A stretch of 64,000 bases of DNA from positions 58,652,001-58,716,000 of the forward strand of contig OX597825.1 of the NCBI GenBank assembly GCA_951406725.2, read 5' to 3'. Both the position numbers and the translations under genes were made by a program. The stretch is from Octopus vulgaris (Eukaryota). Of this stretch, positions 1 to 12,747 are shown in pieces; positions within the stretch are counted from its first letter, which is position 1, and every line of letters starts with the position of its first letter. The notes beneath the pieces were generated by a model. The model searched no databases and was not told the origin of the DNA. It saw nothing but the letters and a program-made list of their open reading frames with translations.

Positions 1-36
1 GATGATTTCCAGGGGTTATTATTACATGGAGGTCTA

Positions 37-245
37 AGGCAGTGAGCTAGCAGAATCGTTAGTGTGCCAGGCAAGATACTTAGCAGCATTTACTTTCCGA
101 GTTCAAATTCCACCAAGATCGACTTTGCCTTTCATCCTTTTGTGGGGTCAATAAAATAAGTACCTGTTGAGTATTGGGGTCAATGTAATTAACTTAATCA
201 CTTCCCCCAAATTCCTGGCCTTGTGCCAAAATTTGGAAGCATTAC
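37..245 (+). mobile_element. tRNA-derived SINE, family B (decayed)
   Basis: Head aaggcagtgagctagcagaatcgttag, B-box-like gagttcaaattcc, conserved body gactttgcctttcatccttt..ggggtc.ataaaataagtacc shared with many copies. Confidence 0.75.
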
Positions 246-309
246 TACTTGAAGGTTCATGTAGACCCCCTTCTGACCATATTATGTTGCAGGGTCATTT
301 CTACATTAA

Positions 310-529
310 CCCTTTCGTTACCAACCCGGCTGAAGTCGGCTCTGGCTCTGAGTACAAATGTCTTGTTTTCATAAGTTTTGAATTAAAATCTTCCGCCAAA
401 GCTTACTCACAATTAATGTTCCTAACACTAGCTGAATGATGACTAAGTTATTTTACTAAATTCTTTGTTATATTTAAAGTAATTGAAAGAAACACAGAGC
501 ATCTCAAAATAAATACGGTAACGAAAGGG
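310..529. mobile_element. piggyBac-type MITE, family 1
   Basis: TTAA on both sides; TIR CCCTTTCGTTACC...GGTAACGAAAGGG. Further copies at 24092-24307, 28315-28534 and truncated at about 29883-30049. Confidence 0.9.
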
Positions 530-585
530 TTAACCCCCTGCTTTTATTGGACTGCAAAGGTGACAATATGCCTGTTTACCTCAAA

Positions 586-587
<2 letters not shown>

Positions 588-626
<39 letters not shown>

Positions 627-636
627 TAACAAACAC

Positions 637-704
<68 letters not shown>
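588..704. repeat. (AAT)n microsatellite
   Basis: Direct inspection; produces the poly-N and poly-I ORFs. Confidence 0.95.
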
Positions 705-706
<2 letters not shown>

Positions 707-997
707 GTTTCAGAGTTTGGTACATGTTTGAATTCTAATTATCGAATGATGGAGATCTACCACCACCACCACCACCATTTCTGATTTGTCCATGGTATCA
801 ATATCAGTGTAGTGGGTTTTGATTTCAATACCTTCAAAATGTATACACATTTCACCAGGCAGACACACATACATACCGCGCACACACGGTGAGTGCATCC
901 ATGTCTGTCTTTGATTAGCCATTTTGTTTATCAATCTGCCTATCTAAGAGTTGATCATTCTATGTCTGTCTATTTTGTTAGCCTGCCTGTCAGTCTA

Positions 998-1069
<72 letters not shown>

Positions 1070-1664
1070 CCTACTTCTCACTCTATCTTTTCGTCTGTCT
1101 GTCTTTTGGCCTACCTGCCTGCCCATCTATCTGTCTGCTTCCCTGTCTGTCCTTTCATCTTTCTACATGCATATCTCTCTGGCTGTCTGTCTGTTTGGTC
1201 CTGCCTGCTCTGCTGTTTAGTTTAAAACTGCATTATAATTCTTCAAGACATATGTCTGGAGAATTAATATCAAAACCCCGCTACCTTATCTCCAATCCCA
1301 ACTCCAACCCCAACCAAAACCCTCACCATATCACCACAACTACCACCAACACCATCACTATATCTCTCTTATCATTCATAACTGATCAATAATCTTTTCA
1401 ATCAATAATAACCTTTGGCTTCTCGATAATCACAGTCGATAGACAGTTCTGACTAATGGTAGACGGATTATGATAATGGTGTTTGTTTACCAAGTCAGTA
1501 GGTAGAGTGACCAACACAAATATGGGGCTGACTGTAAGGCTGTAAACATCATACCTATCATAACAGACAACTTCAATTATCCTCTAAATGTTTATTACTT
1601 AATATTACTTTATATCTATCTGTCTATAAGCATGCACACACGCACAAACATACACCTATATACA

Positions 1665-1703
<39 letters not shown>

Positions 1704-1746
1704 CTATATACACATAAATGTATATTATATGTATAATAAATACATA

Positions 1747-2138
1747 GTGGCTGTGTAGTAAGTAGCTTGCTTACCAACTACATGGTCCTGGGTTCAGTCC
1801 CACTGCGTGGCACCTTGGGCTAGTGTTTTCTACTATAGCCTCAGGCCGACCAAAGCCTGGTGAGTGGATTTGGTAGACAGAAAGTGGAAGAAGCCCGTCG
1901 TATATATATGTGTGTGTGTGTGTGTGTATGCTTGTATGTCTGTGTTTGTCCCCCCTCCCCCCAACATTGCTTGAAAACCAATGCTGGTGTGTTTACGTAC
2001 CCGTAACTTAGTGGTTTGGCAAAAGAGACCGATAGAATAAGTACTAGGCTTATAAAGAATGAGCTTTGGGGTCGATTTGCTTGACCTAAAGGCTGTGCTC
2101 GACCATGGCCACAGTCAAATGACTGAAACAAGTAAAGG
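1747..2138 (+). mobile_element. tRNA-derived SINE, family A
   Basis: A-box gtggctgtgtagtaag, B-box ggttcagtccc, body ggcaccttgggc.agtgt, internal TA/TG microsatellite, tail gtcaaatgactgaaacaagtaaa. Other copies at about 3330-3670(-), 5290-5750(+), 6076-6440(+), 8385-8540(+), 14680-15075(+), 18520-19528(-, split), 28950-29540(+, split), 30511-30915(+), 59490-59897(-). Confidence 0.85.
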
Positions 2139-2179
2139 AATATATATGTATACATCTATTTATATACATATATGGGTGG

Positions 2180-2505
2180 GGGAACCGCCTTCGGTCATGA
2201 ATGACCATGGGATTGCACCTAGAAAGTTGCCCTCCAAGGTACAAGTCCAGGCAAGGTTGTTTGTGGAAGGCGAGCAGTCACCTATGCATATCAGCCTCCC
2301 CTCTTCACACCACTGATGTTATCCAAGGGAAAGGCAAAGACTGATACAGCTTGGCACCAGTGATGCTGCAACTCATTTCTACTGCTGAGTGAACTGGAGT
2401 GATGTGAAATAAAGTGTCTTGCTCAAGAACACAACATGCAGCCCAGTCCAGGTATTAAACTTACAACCTCACGATCATAAGCTCAACGCTCTAACTACTG
2501 AGCCA
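2180..2505 (-). mobile_element. tRNA-derived SINE, family D
   Basis: Minus strand begins tggctcagtagttagagcgttgagc (A-box), then gtgttcttgagcaagacactttatttcac body; a related fragment lies near 8700-8880. Confidence 0.65.
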
Positions 2506-2581
2506 TATATATATACACATATATCCATACTACCTACATATATATATAAATACAAATATAGACATATATATTCATATATAT

Positions 2582-3153
2582 ATTACATGAGAAAATGCAA
2601 GAATGAAAAGTAATATTCTTAAGATTATATAAACCTGGAAAGTACAGGACAAGTTATTACACCTGTAAAATTTAGGCTAAACTATTATTTCTAGTAAAGT
2701 AAAGAATAAGAAACTTTTACTTAAAATATAGCGGCAAAGAATGCCAGTTCTTCTAATTTAGCACTCTTTACAGTTCTCATCTTTTAAATTTATTGTACAA
2801 AATTTTTTAGCTAATTTGTAAGTTTCTCTAATTAGTTACTTTTTTCTGTATTTAAGGCAGTAAATTAGCAAAATTCTACTTAAATAAGTATAGTGTTATT
2901 TATAAACTATAATAAAATATTTTTTAATATTTTAATTTTAGCTGCAATATTTTAAGTAAAATATTCTTTGCTGCAATATTTTAAGTAAAATATTCTTTGC
3001 TGCAATATTTTAAGTAAAATGTTTCTTATTCTTTACATTACTGGAAGTAATAGTTTGTCCTATACTTTTACATGTGTAATAACTTGTCATGTACTTTTCC
3101 AGGTTTATAATCTCAAGAATATTACTTTTCAAGTTCGCATTTTTCCATGTAAT
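2582..3153. mobile_element. Fold-back element with about 160-bp inverted arms, possibly a Penelope 3' remnant
   Basis: attacatgagaaaatgcaag...(2582-2742) is the inverted copy of about 2992-3153; 29-bp unit gctgcaatattttaagtaaaatattcttt repeated about 3 times at 2941-3020; minus-strand spacer reads LIRETYKLAKKFCTINLKDE. Confidence 0.65.
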
Positions 3154-3924
3154 CCATGATTTTTCCAGGCATTGCTGTTATAAGATAATTAATCATGTGT
3201 GAATTAATAATTTAGGATTTTACCTTATAAAATACTGGGTAGGGGGATACATTGGCTGCTATTTTTAGTGTGTTGAGCGACCAGGTAGAGGCTCTTTCAT
3301 TTGTTTGATTGTGTGATGAGATTTTCTTTAGTCAAGCAAGTCAACCCCAGGACTTATTCTTTGTAAGCCTAGTACTTATTCTATCGGTCTCTTTTGCTGA
3401 ATCGCTAAGTTATGTGGATGTAAACACACAAGCATTGGTTGTCAAACGATGTTGGGGGGACAAACACAGACACACAAACATATACACAAACATACATATA
3501 CATATATACAATGGGCTTCTTTCAGTTTCCATCTACCAAATCCACTCACAAGGCTTTGGTTGGCCCGAGGTTATAGTAGAAGACACTTGCCCAAGGTGCC
3601 ATGCAGTGGGATTGAACCCGGAACCATGTGGTTGGTAAGCAAGCTACTTACACACAGCCACTCCTGTGCCTATATATGTATAATATGCATATATATCATT
3701 GGCAGAAGGTAGAAAGTAAGTCAAAACTTGAGAGTTTCTGGTATTGGCACTTATCAAACATGAATTTGTCCATTGTCACTCTGTAAATTGTGACAAAATA
3801 ACTTCTAAAATACAAAATTTTGTCAGATCTACATAACATTTATATGCTTCAACTACTGGTTGCATAACTTAGGCTTTTTTTTAATTACACCTGCCAACAT
3901 TATGAAGTAATTCCGAGCCCCCAG

Positions 3925-3954
<30 letters not shown>

Positions 3955-3958
<4 letters not shown>

Positions 3959-4190
3959 CTTTACTACCCACAAGGGGCTAAACACTGAGGGGACAAACAA
4001 GGACAGACAAACGGATTAAGTCGATTATATCGACCCCAGTGCATAACTGGTCCTTAATTTATCGACCCCGAAAGGATAAAAGGCAAAGTCGACCTCGGCG
4101 GAATTTGAACTCAGAACATAGCGGCAGACGAAATACCGCTGCTAAGCATTTCGCCCGGCGCGCTAACGTTTCTGCCAGTTCGCCACCTTA
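3955..4190 (-). mobile_element. tRNA-derived SINE, family B (well preserved)
   Basis: Reverse complement of the family B consensus. Other copies at about 8985-9135(-), 9322-9780(+), 15078-15290(+), 17027-17265(+), 17940-18150(+), 19157-19375(-), 36275-36530(-), 51166-51380(+). Confidence 0.85.
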
Positions 4191-4196
4191 TACATA

Positions 4197-4251
<55 letters not shown>

Positions 4252-5463
4252 CACACGCACACACACACACTACCATTAATATGTGGGGTAGATCAGAGCA
4301 GCAGCAGCTTTATAACATAAACACCATCACTCCAATGTCACCACCCTCATTATCACACTACTTCCCTCTATCTTATCATTATCATGGTGGGAGACAAGAT
4401 GTTTGGAAGTGAAATTAGCCGGAACTAAATATTTCAGTAAATTTAGTTTTGTTACTACATGCATCTTAACGTTCAAATCAGGGATGAAAAGTCTGGTTGG
4501 CTGCTTGTGGGTCAAAGAAGATATTTACATACTGCTATTAGGCAAATATCCTTTTCTCACCATATATTCCACCAGTTTTGCACCGGTTAACTATTATGTA
4601 AGATAATTCTAACTGTAATATTATATCATGTGAATCTTGTCTTAAAACTATATATGTTTTACTTTATAACACAATATTTCTTGTCGAATGCTTTATTAAT
4701 TAATTCTCATTTTATCACTATATTATTTGTTTTTAAACCTTTATTACATAATTTTGACTTTAAGAGTACATTATGTAATTCTGTCTTTAGGAATATGATA
4801 ACTGAATTTCTACATACTCCAGGCATCCTCTACATTATGGAAACGTTGCACTTTTGAAAATCTTTCTGTAACACAATAACATTGACTTCTGTTACATTGA
4901 AGTCAAAAAGAAAATGCTTTTTTGTTGTTGAACTCCATGTTAATGGAAAATTTTCATGAATGCAACATCTTCATAATGCAGGGGATGCTTGTTTTTATAA
5001 CATCATCCTTACTGTACCATATTATTGGAATTTCACCTTAATTTTCATCATCATCATCATCATCATTTAATGTTCGCTTTCCATGCTAGCATGGGGTGGA
5101 TGATTTGACTGAGGGTTGGCGAACCAGATAGTTGCACCAGGCTTCAATCGTGATCTGGCAGAGTTTCTACAGCTGGATGCCCTTCCTAACGCCAATTTTA
5201 TATATGATTTTTCACTTTAACATGATATTACAGGATTTTTGTCTTAACATAATAATATTGCGTGATTCTTGCTTCAACACTAGTCCCAGACATGGTTGTG
5301 TGGTTCAGAACTTCTTTTTGTGATTACATGGTTTCAAGTTCAATTTCACTGCATGGCACCTTGGATAAGTGTCTTCTACTATGGCCCTGGATAAGCCAAT
5401 GTCTTGTGAATGAATTTGGTTGACAGTCACTGTGTGGAAGCAGTTTGTGTGTGTGTGTGTGTG

Positions 5464-5526
<63 letters not shown>

Positions 5527-6075
5527 TTATCTGTGTCTATCTTTGTGCTTGTATCTATATCAAACACAGCTTCTGCCACTGCTTGACAACAGGTGTTGGT
5601 TTGTTTTCATTCCTAAAACTTAGTGGTTCAGCAAAAGAGACTGATTGAATAAGTGCCAATCTTAAAAGAAATGTAAGTATTATTTGATTAAAGCCCTTCA
5701 AAGCAGTACCTCAGCATGGCTGCAATCCAATGACTAGTAAAAGATAATAATAAATAAAGGATTAAATGGAAGTGTAGTGTGTATGTATGTGTGTATATCC
5801 CTGAAAGGCTCTGAAATGATGCAATGGACAGTGTCATATCAAGCTATTTCTACCTGGCCATTTGTTTAAAGAAGTAATTTAATGTGACGTTGTCCTTTGA
5901 TTGTTTTATGACCCAATTCACTTGCATTTCTTTAAGCTTTTCACATTTGATGATGTTAAGTGTTTTTCGTAAATTTATCAAAGTTGCTTAGCTTTTTCCT
6001 TTTTTTCCATTGTTAGAAGCTCTCCTTCATTATTTACTATTTGCTTCGATATATTAACTGATTCTCCTCTTAATA

Positions 6076-6440
6076 GGAGTGGCTATGTGGTAAGTAGCTT
6101 GTTTACCAACCACATGGTTCCGGGTTCAGTCCCACTGCGTGGCACCTTGGGCAAGTGTCTTCTTCTATAGCCTCGGGCCGACCAAAGCCTTGTGAGTGGA
6201 TTTGGTAGACGGAAACTGGAAGAAGCCCATCGTATATATGTATATATATATATGCGTGTGTGTGTTTGTCCTCCTAGCATTGCTTGACAACCGATGCTGG
6301 TGTGTTTATGTTCCCGTTACTTAGCAGTTCGGCAAAAGAGACCGATAGAATAAGTCCCGGGGTCGAGTTGCTCGATTAAAGGCGGTGCTCCAGCATGGCC
6401 ACAGTCAAATGACTGAAACAAGTAAGAGAGTAAAAGAGTT
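6076..6440 (+). mobile_element. tRNA-derived SINE, family A
   Basis: ggagtggctatgtggtaagtagcttg...ggttcagtcccactgcgtggcaccttgggcaagtgtc...gactgaaacaagtaagagagtaaaagag. Confidence 0.85.
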
Positions 6441-7571
6441 AATACTGTCATGTGATTCTTACTTTAATTACATAACTCTCATTTTTGTGATAATCTTCTT
6501 GCCTTAGTACTGCCTTATTCTCGTCTTAAAACATTATGTTACATAATTCTGATGTTAACACCATATTCAACTTTCTCACCTATGTTATGGGATTCACACA
6601 TTGTCACTTTGTTACGTGAATCTCAGATTAATGTTTTATAAACATATTACCCATAATAGCATTGTTAATCCTCTCATTATTAATTATTGTTATCTTGATC
6701 ATCATTAATATCATTACAATAATCAGTTATCATCTACAATGTTATTATCAGCAACGTGTAATACCATTGTAATCACCTCTACCACTGCCTCTCACATTCT
6801 TCCAAGACTTGTAGCATCATCAGAACAACCATTACCACCAACACAACCATCACCATTACCACCACTGGCTCTGCCATGCCATCAAAGTACCACCTGCACT
6901 CTCCATCCTCCACTATTTTCATCACCACCATTGCTGATTCCATCACTATCACTGCTATCACCACATTAATTGTTATCATCACACTCTCTTCTTCTTCCTC
7001 CCCACTGTCATAATCATCATCATCATCATCATCAATGTTGTTGCCATCACCATCATCACCATCATCATTTTCCTTATTGTTTTTGTGGTGGTGGTCGTAG
7101 TCGTTATCATCATCATCACCCGTCCACTATTTGGCCGCTGTCCAGTAATACAAAGCTATACTGTGGTTTTTGCCGCAGTATGGCACAGAAACACACACAT
7201 AAACACACAGATGTATACTCATAAATAATCACTAACACACATAATCTCAGTATGCATTCATAAACACAAACAAATCTAACAATTATAAAAGAAAGAGAAT
7301 GAAAGGACTCCCTCACAAACACACACACTACCACCGCCACCACCACCACCACTACCACCACTATCACCACCACCATCACCACACTCACCTACACAACACA
7401 ACACAATAATAAATTCACAATATTCTAGGAACTGTTGAAAATATAGGAAGTGAATAAATAGTTGGTATCGATTGGTTGTTATATTTGAACAATTATTTAC
7501 TCTGGGCATGTTGCCAAAAAAAAACCCTCCCACCACCCACTGACTAACAAGCCATTGAACTACAAAACAGA

Positions 7572-7602
<31 letters not shown>

Positions 7603-7679
7603 AAACAAATCTAATATTTTGTCTTGCCACAGAATTGGAGTCATTAAGTTTTCTTGTTTTTTTGGGGGTTTTTTTCTAA

Positions 7680-7856
7680 TCAAGGAGACATATGATCAAA
7701 GAGGTTCCAAGCATGACTACCCTATTTAATTTTTTTCCTTTTTTGTGATATATGTAGGACTACATTATCTAATGTGTCCTTTTGTCTTTAAAATGGTAAA
7801 GTACAATATGACAGAAACTAGGTTATTATTTCTAGCACACCAAGTGACCAAGAAGA

Positions 7857-7887
<31 letters not shown>

Positions 7888-8335
7888 GCTTGTGAATTAA
7901 TTTTGGTTGCTGTTGTAGCTGTTGTTTAGCCTTTAGCAGACTTATGATCAAAGACATTCCTGTTGTGACCATCCTATCTTCCCTGTCCCAAAATATAACA
8001 TATATTTAGTACTACATTAGCTAATGTGTCCTTCCTTTCTCAAGACATTAGAGGGTAATTTGAGGCTTATTTGGCTGCAGTTTCTTGCAAATTGAGTGAC
8101 CACATAAATGTACCTTCTTTGATTATTGTTGATGATGTTTAACCCCAGGTCTGCTCTGATTGAATATTCCTATGATCAAAGGCATTACATATATGGCCAT
8201 CGTGTCTTTTTTAGGGTTTTCTTGAACAACATTATCTAATGTGTCCTTTCTGTTCTCAAAACACAAGAGTAAGATTTGAAGGATATTTGGCTGCTATTTC
8301 TACCATATCTAGTGACTACATAGAGGCATCATCAC
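7680..8335 (+). repeat. Three tandem decayed copies of an old dispersed repeat
   Basis: Recurring tatgatcaaag...cattatctaatgtgtcctt...atttggctgctatttcta..gtgac units; further copies near 9800-9990, 25980-26150, 29680-29830, 30080-30250 and inverted near 23000-23180. Confidence 0.65.
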
Positions 8336-9355
8336 TGTTTTATGAAGAGATATGTAAGGAAGAAATTTTGAATTGTTGAAATGCAAGCATGGTCATGTGG
8401 TTGAGAAATTTGCTTTGGAACCAAGTAGTTTTGAGTCCAGTTCCACAGTGCTGCCCCCTGGGCAAGTGTTTTTTTCTATTGCCTCAGGTTGACCAATGCC
8501 TTTAAGTAGATTTGAGAGATGGAAACTGCATGGAAGCCCATGATATATAAATATATTTCTCCACTAAGTTATAGAGATGTAAACAAACCAACACCATGCT
8601 ATCAAGTGGTGTGCAAGCAACACAGACACACATATATGTGTGTGTGTGTGTGTGTGTGATATATATATATATATATACACACACATGAGTAAGCACATAA
8701 TTGCAAAACAAGGTGGTAAAAGATAGTACTTGAATACCAAAGGTAGAGTAATATGCTATTTTATTAAAGCTGCAAAAGAGCGAACTGAAATGAAGTGTCT
8801 TACTCAAGGTGATAACATGTTGCGAAGTCCTGGAATGGAAACCACAACATCACAATAATGACCTAATTACTCAAACCATTGCCTTTTCAGTAATCAACAA
8901 CATCAATGAGATGCGTGGAGTGGAGTGGAGTGGAATACCATTCCACTTCACTTTACCCCAATTCAAAGAATTCACAGAATATTCTTTTCTACTCTAGGCA
9001 CAAGGCCCGAAATTTGTGGAGAGGGGGCCAGTCAATTAGATCGACCCCAGTATGCAATAGGTACTTAATTTATCGACCCTGAAAGGATGAATGGCCAAGT
9101 CATCTCCGGTGGAATTTGAACTCAGAAAATAAAGACATTGGGCTCTTTTTCAACTAAGAGAACTCAAAGGAGAGTATGATGAGTTTAGAGCAATTGAAGC
9201 TATTGAATTTTTATATGAAACACTTCCATTGATTAATTGGCCATTACCAATTTCCTTCTTCTCAGGATTTTACCATTTCTACTTACACATTGGCAGAATT
9301 ATTTTTATTGTTGTTGTCATTAAGGTAGCAAGGTGGCAGAATTATTAGCATACAG

Positions 9356-9610
9356 CAGTGGTTCTTAACTATATTTTGCCTGTGGATCCCTTTGATTTCT
9401 ATCTTACTCAAGTGGACCCTCATAGCTATTTGATGTTTTAAAAAATACTATTATATTTTTATGTTTAGATATTATTAAGAATTGTGTAAAAGAAATTGTT
9501 AAAATATTTTGTGTATTGTAGAATATAATCAGTTTATTGCACATAAATTTTAACAACAAAACCTTATGTGGACGCCCAAGGGCCATAAAGACCTCACTTA
9601 AGAACCACTA
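9356..9610. mobile_element. hAT (Charlie-like) MITE inserted into a family B SINE head
   Basis: Ends cagtggttcttaac...cttaagaaccacta; SINE sequence resumes after the element. Inverted partial copy at about 23203-23430. Confidence 0.7.
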
Positions 9611-10478
9611 ATATTGAGGATAAAATGCTTAGCAACATTTCTTCTGGCTTTATGTCCTGAATGCAAATGCCGCCGAAGTTGACTTTACTTTTCATCATTC
9701 CAGGGTCAACAAAATAAAGTACCAGTCAAGTATTGGGGTTGATGTAAATTTCTGGGCTTGTGCCTATATCGGAACAATAGAAGAATTATTGTTATTATTG
9801 TTGTTTAGTCCCAGGTCAGTTCTGAATTGAGTTGACCGTTGATCAAAGGCATTCCAGCCATAACTATCCTGTCTTTTCTCAACATGCAGATAACCCAGAA
9901 TCATATTCAATGTGTCTTTTGCTAAGACAATAAAGTGTCATTTGAAGGAGATTAAGTTAGTGTTTCCAGCAGCTCAAGTGACTATATTTAAGATGGTATT
10001 TCAGTATCTCAGAAAGTCAACACATTTTTCTGCAATTCCTTCAGATTTTTCAGATATATTTTTAGATTTATCGATTCCACAAGGCAAATTATTCCATTAT
10101 TCTGACAAAAATATTTCTGTTTATTTATTCATTTTGATGGGGTTTTTTTCTGTTTTAATTAATTAATTGCATTCTTATTATTGTAGCTACTTCAGGCTGT
10201 CCTTTTCATCTTTTAAGTTTCTACTCTTTCTTTAACTCCTTTCTTATACAATTTTATTTTCTATTTCCCTTCAAATTATAAATTAAAATTATACATTCTG
10301 CTGTCTTCAAATTATCAAAGTAAAAAACCAAAATTTATAATTGTTAAATACATATATATGTGTGTGTATGTACGATTGTACACATGTATTTATGTATGCA
10401 TGCACGAATGTATGTATATGTGTATTTGTATGTAATTATATAGAAAGAGCTTGAGAGAGAAACATAAACACATAAACA

Positions 10479-10865
10479 AAGGCAGCGAGCTGGCAGAAAC
10501 ATTAGCACGCTGGGCGAAATGCTTAGCGGTATTTCGTCTGCTGCTATGTTCTGAGTTCAAATTCCACCGAGGTCGACTTTGCCTTTCATCCTTTTGGGGT
10601 CGGTTAAATAAGTACCAGTTATGCACTGGGGTTGATATAATCGACTTAATCCGTTTGTCTGTCCTTGTTTTTCCTCTCTGTGTTTAGCCCCTTGTGGGTA
10701 GTAAAGAAATAGGTATTTCATCTGTCTTTGTGTTCTGAGTTCAATTTCTGCTGAGGTCAACTTTGCCTTTCATCCTTTCGGGGTCGATATAATCGACTTA
10801 ATTCGTTTGTTTGTCCTTGTTTGTCCCCTCTGTGTGTAGCCCCTTGTGGGCAGTAAAGAAATAAG
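10479..10865 (+). mobile_element. Family B SINE with internally repeated body (dimeric form)
   Basis: aaggcagcgagctggcagaaac head, then the ttctgagttcaa...gtaaagaaata block twice; the same dimeric layout is seen at 33916-34315(+) and 60460-60855(-). Confidence 0.85.
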
Positions 10866-11119
10866 AAACATAAACACATACACACAGACATTGAGCCACA
10901 AAACTGGAAAGGAATTTAAGAGATTAAGCAGGTTCCAAAATATTAGTGGTATTTAATTTCATATTCCCAGACTGTTGGATTATGATAAAATGAGGCTTGA
11001 ACTCATTATACTGTCCAGTATAACTAAATACTACATTTCATTTTAATTCAAATTTATGCTTGCTCCATCGCATGTCTTACTTGTCTTATCTGTATAATCT
11101 TCTTTGTGTGTAGCTGTGT

Positions 11120-11254
<135 letters not shown>

Positions 11255-11313
11255 GTATTTCATATATCTGAAAAAGAAGCACACTCTAAAGCATTTAAGC
11301 ACTAAATTATTTT

Positions 11314-11574
11314 TTAGGAAGTTAAAAGTTATGGCCTGTCATAGAGCGACCGGTGGTTTCACACCTATAAAGCTCTTATAAGTATAAGTGACTCATCAGA
11401 CAGAAATGGCTGAAGGTGCATAATCTCTCTACATTATGTATTTCTTCTTCCAGTTGTAGAGAGGTCATCCACCTTCAGCCATTTGAGTCTGACAAGTCAC
11501 CTATACTGCTAAGCACTTTATAGGTGTAAAACCAATGGTGTCTTTATGACCGGCCATAACTTTTAACTTCCTAA
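11314..11574. mobile_element. Palindromic element made of two inverted hammerhead-containing units (Penelope pLTR-like)
   Basis: ttaggaagttaaaagttatggcc...ggccataacttttaacttcctaa, arms of about 120 bp around a short pyrimidine-rich loop; each arm carries a CUGANGA/GAAA/GUH-type core. Confidence 0.7.
11344..11403 (-). ncRNA. Candidate type I hammerhead ribozyme (core intact, stem I weakened)
   Basis: Minus strand: cugu CUGAUGA gu CACUUAUA cuuauaagagcuu UAUAGGUG u GAAAC caccg GUC gcuc. Confidence 0.55.
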
Positions 11575-12571
11575 CACACACATACACATATATATAAACT
11601 CAGAAGCCAATTATCACCTTATATGGTTAGTTAGTCACTCCAATTCTTTTCTTCTGGTAAGCTGAGACTTTTGACTTCTAAACTACACTCATATTAAGCT
11701 AGTATAGGATAACTTAGAATCAACAGTTACCTTTTCTTATGATATATATGTATGAATTATGTATGTGTTTGTGTGTGTGTATATATGTATGTATGCATCT
11801 TATCTTTTTAACTGAGAGTTAATTTTGACTAACCACCTGCTTGGTAGCAAGTTGGTAAAGAAAGCACCTTGTTTTGTTCATCTTCTTTTAAATCTTACAA
11901 AAGCCTTGCAGTCTTTTATTGTCCCAGGCATCGTGATCATTTGTAGCATATGAATTAAGCAGCTATATTTTATTCTCAAGAACCCCAAGTTCAGCCACAC
12001 ACTGCTCCAGTGGGATTGGTACATAACCTGTTGCTTCAATCAATGTATGAAGCTGAAAATGTGTCTTGGGTCCTGAATTTGCAAACTCCTTATCAGTGGT
12101 CCACAGATGTCTTCTTTCCCATGTTTTTTTCTGACCACATTAATGTCTAGAAGGCAGTTGATTTCTGCAACAGAGCATACTTTATCCTTCTGGACCCCAA
12201 TAATGTGTGTATGTGTGTGTGTGTGTGCATTCATGTCATTAAATGATGATGATGTGTATATGTATAATGCAAATAGAATGAACAATAAAAAGGCAACAAT
12301 GTTTGACAATGTTTGACAAATAAGATATTAAGTTAATGCTTTAACTTTTTGGTTGTTAGTCCTTCATCAGAAGAGAGAAAGAGAGGCAGCATAGAGGGAA
12401 TGAGAAAATGAAATTGATAGTGACAAAAAAAGGTAAGCAGTAAAAATCAGAATAAGAATGTTGTTCTATAGAGTGGGGTTTTGAGAAGCAAAATACATAT
12501 AAATTAACAGAATGAGATAAGAAAAAAATCGAAGGCTGTGAATAGTTTCCAGAACATTTATAAAGAGAAGG

Positions 12572-12617
12572 TCTTACAGCTGTTTCCGGGATATTTTATG
12601 TATCCCTTCATCAGAGA
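12572..12617 (-). ncRNA. Candidate minimal type I hammerhead ribozyme
   Basis: Minus strand: ucu CUGAUGA a GGGAUA cauaaaa UAUCCC g GAAAC agcu GUA aga; stems I and II present, stem III region ACAGCUGU is self-complementary. Confidence 0.7.
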
Positions 12618-12747
12618 TGGTGCGAGAAAATGTTTAAGTAGTAGTTATTGTAGAGAAGATATGAAATACAGATTGAAGTGGAGGAATGAAAACAGACGTG
12701 AGATACGTAAGGATGTTGTATTTGCAGTTCCATTATTTAAGCAGAAT

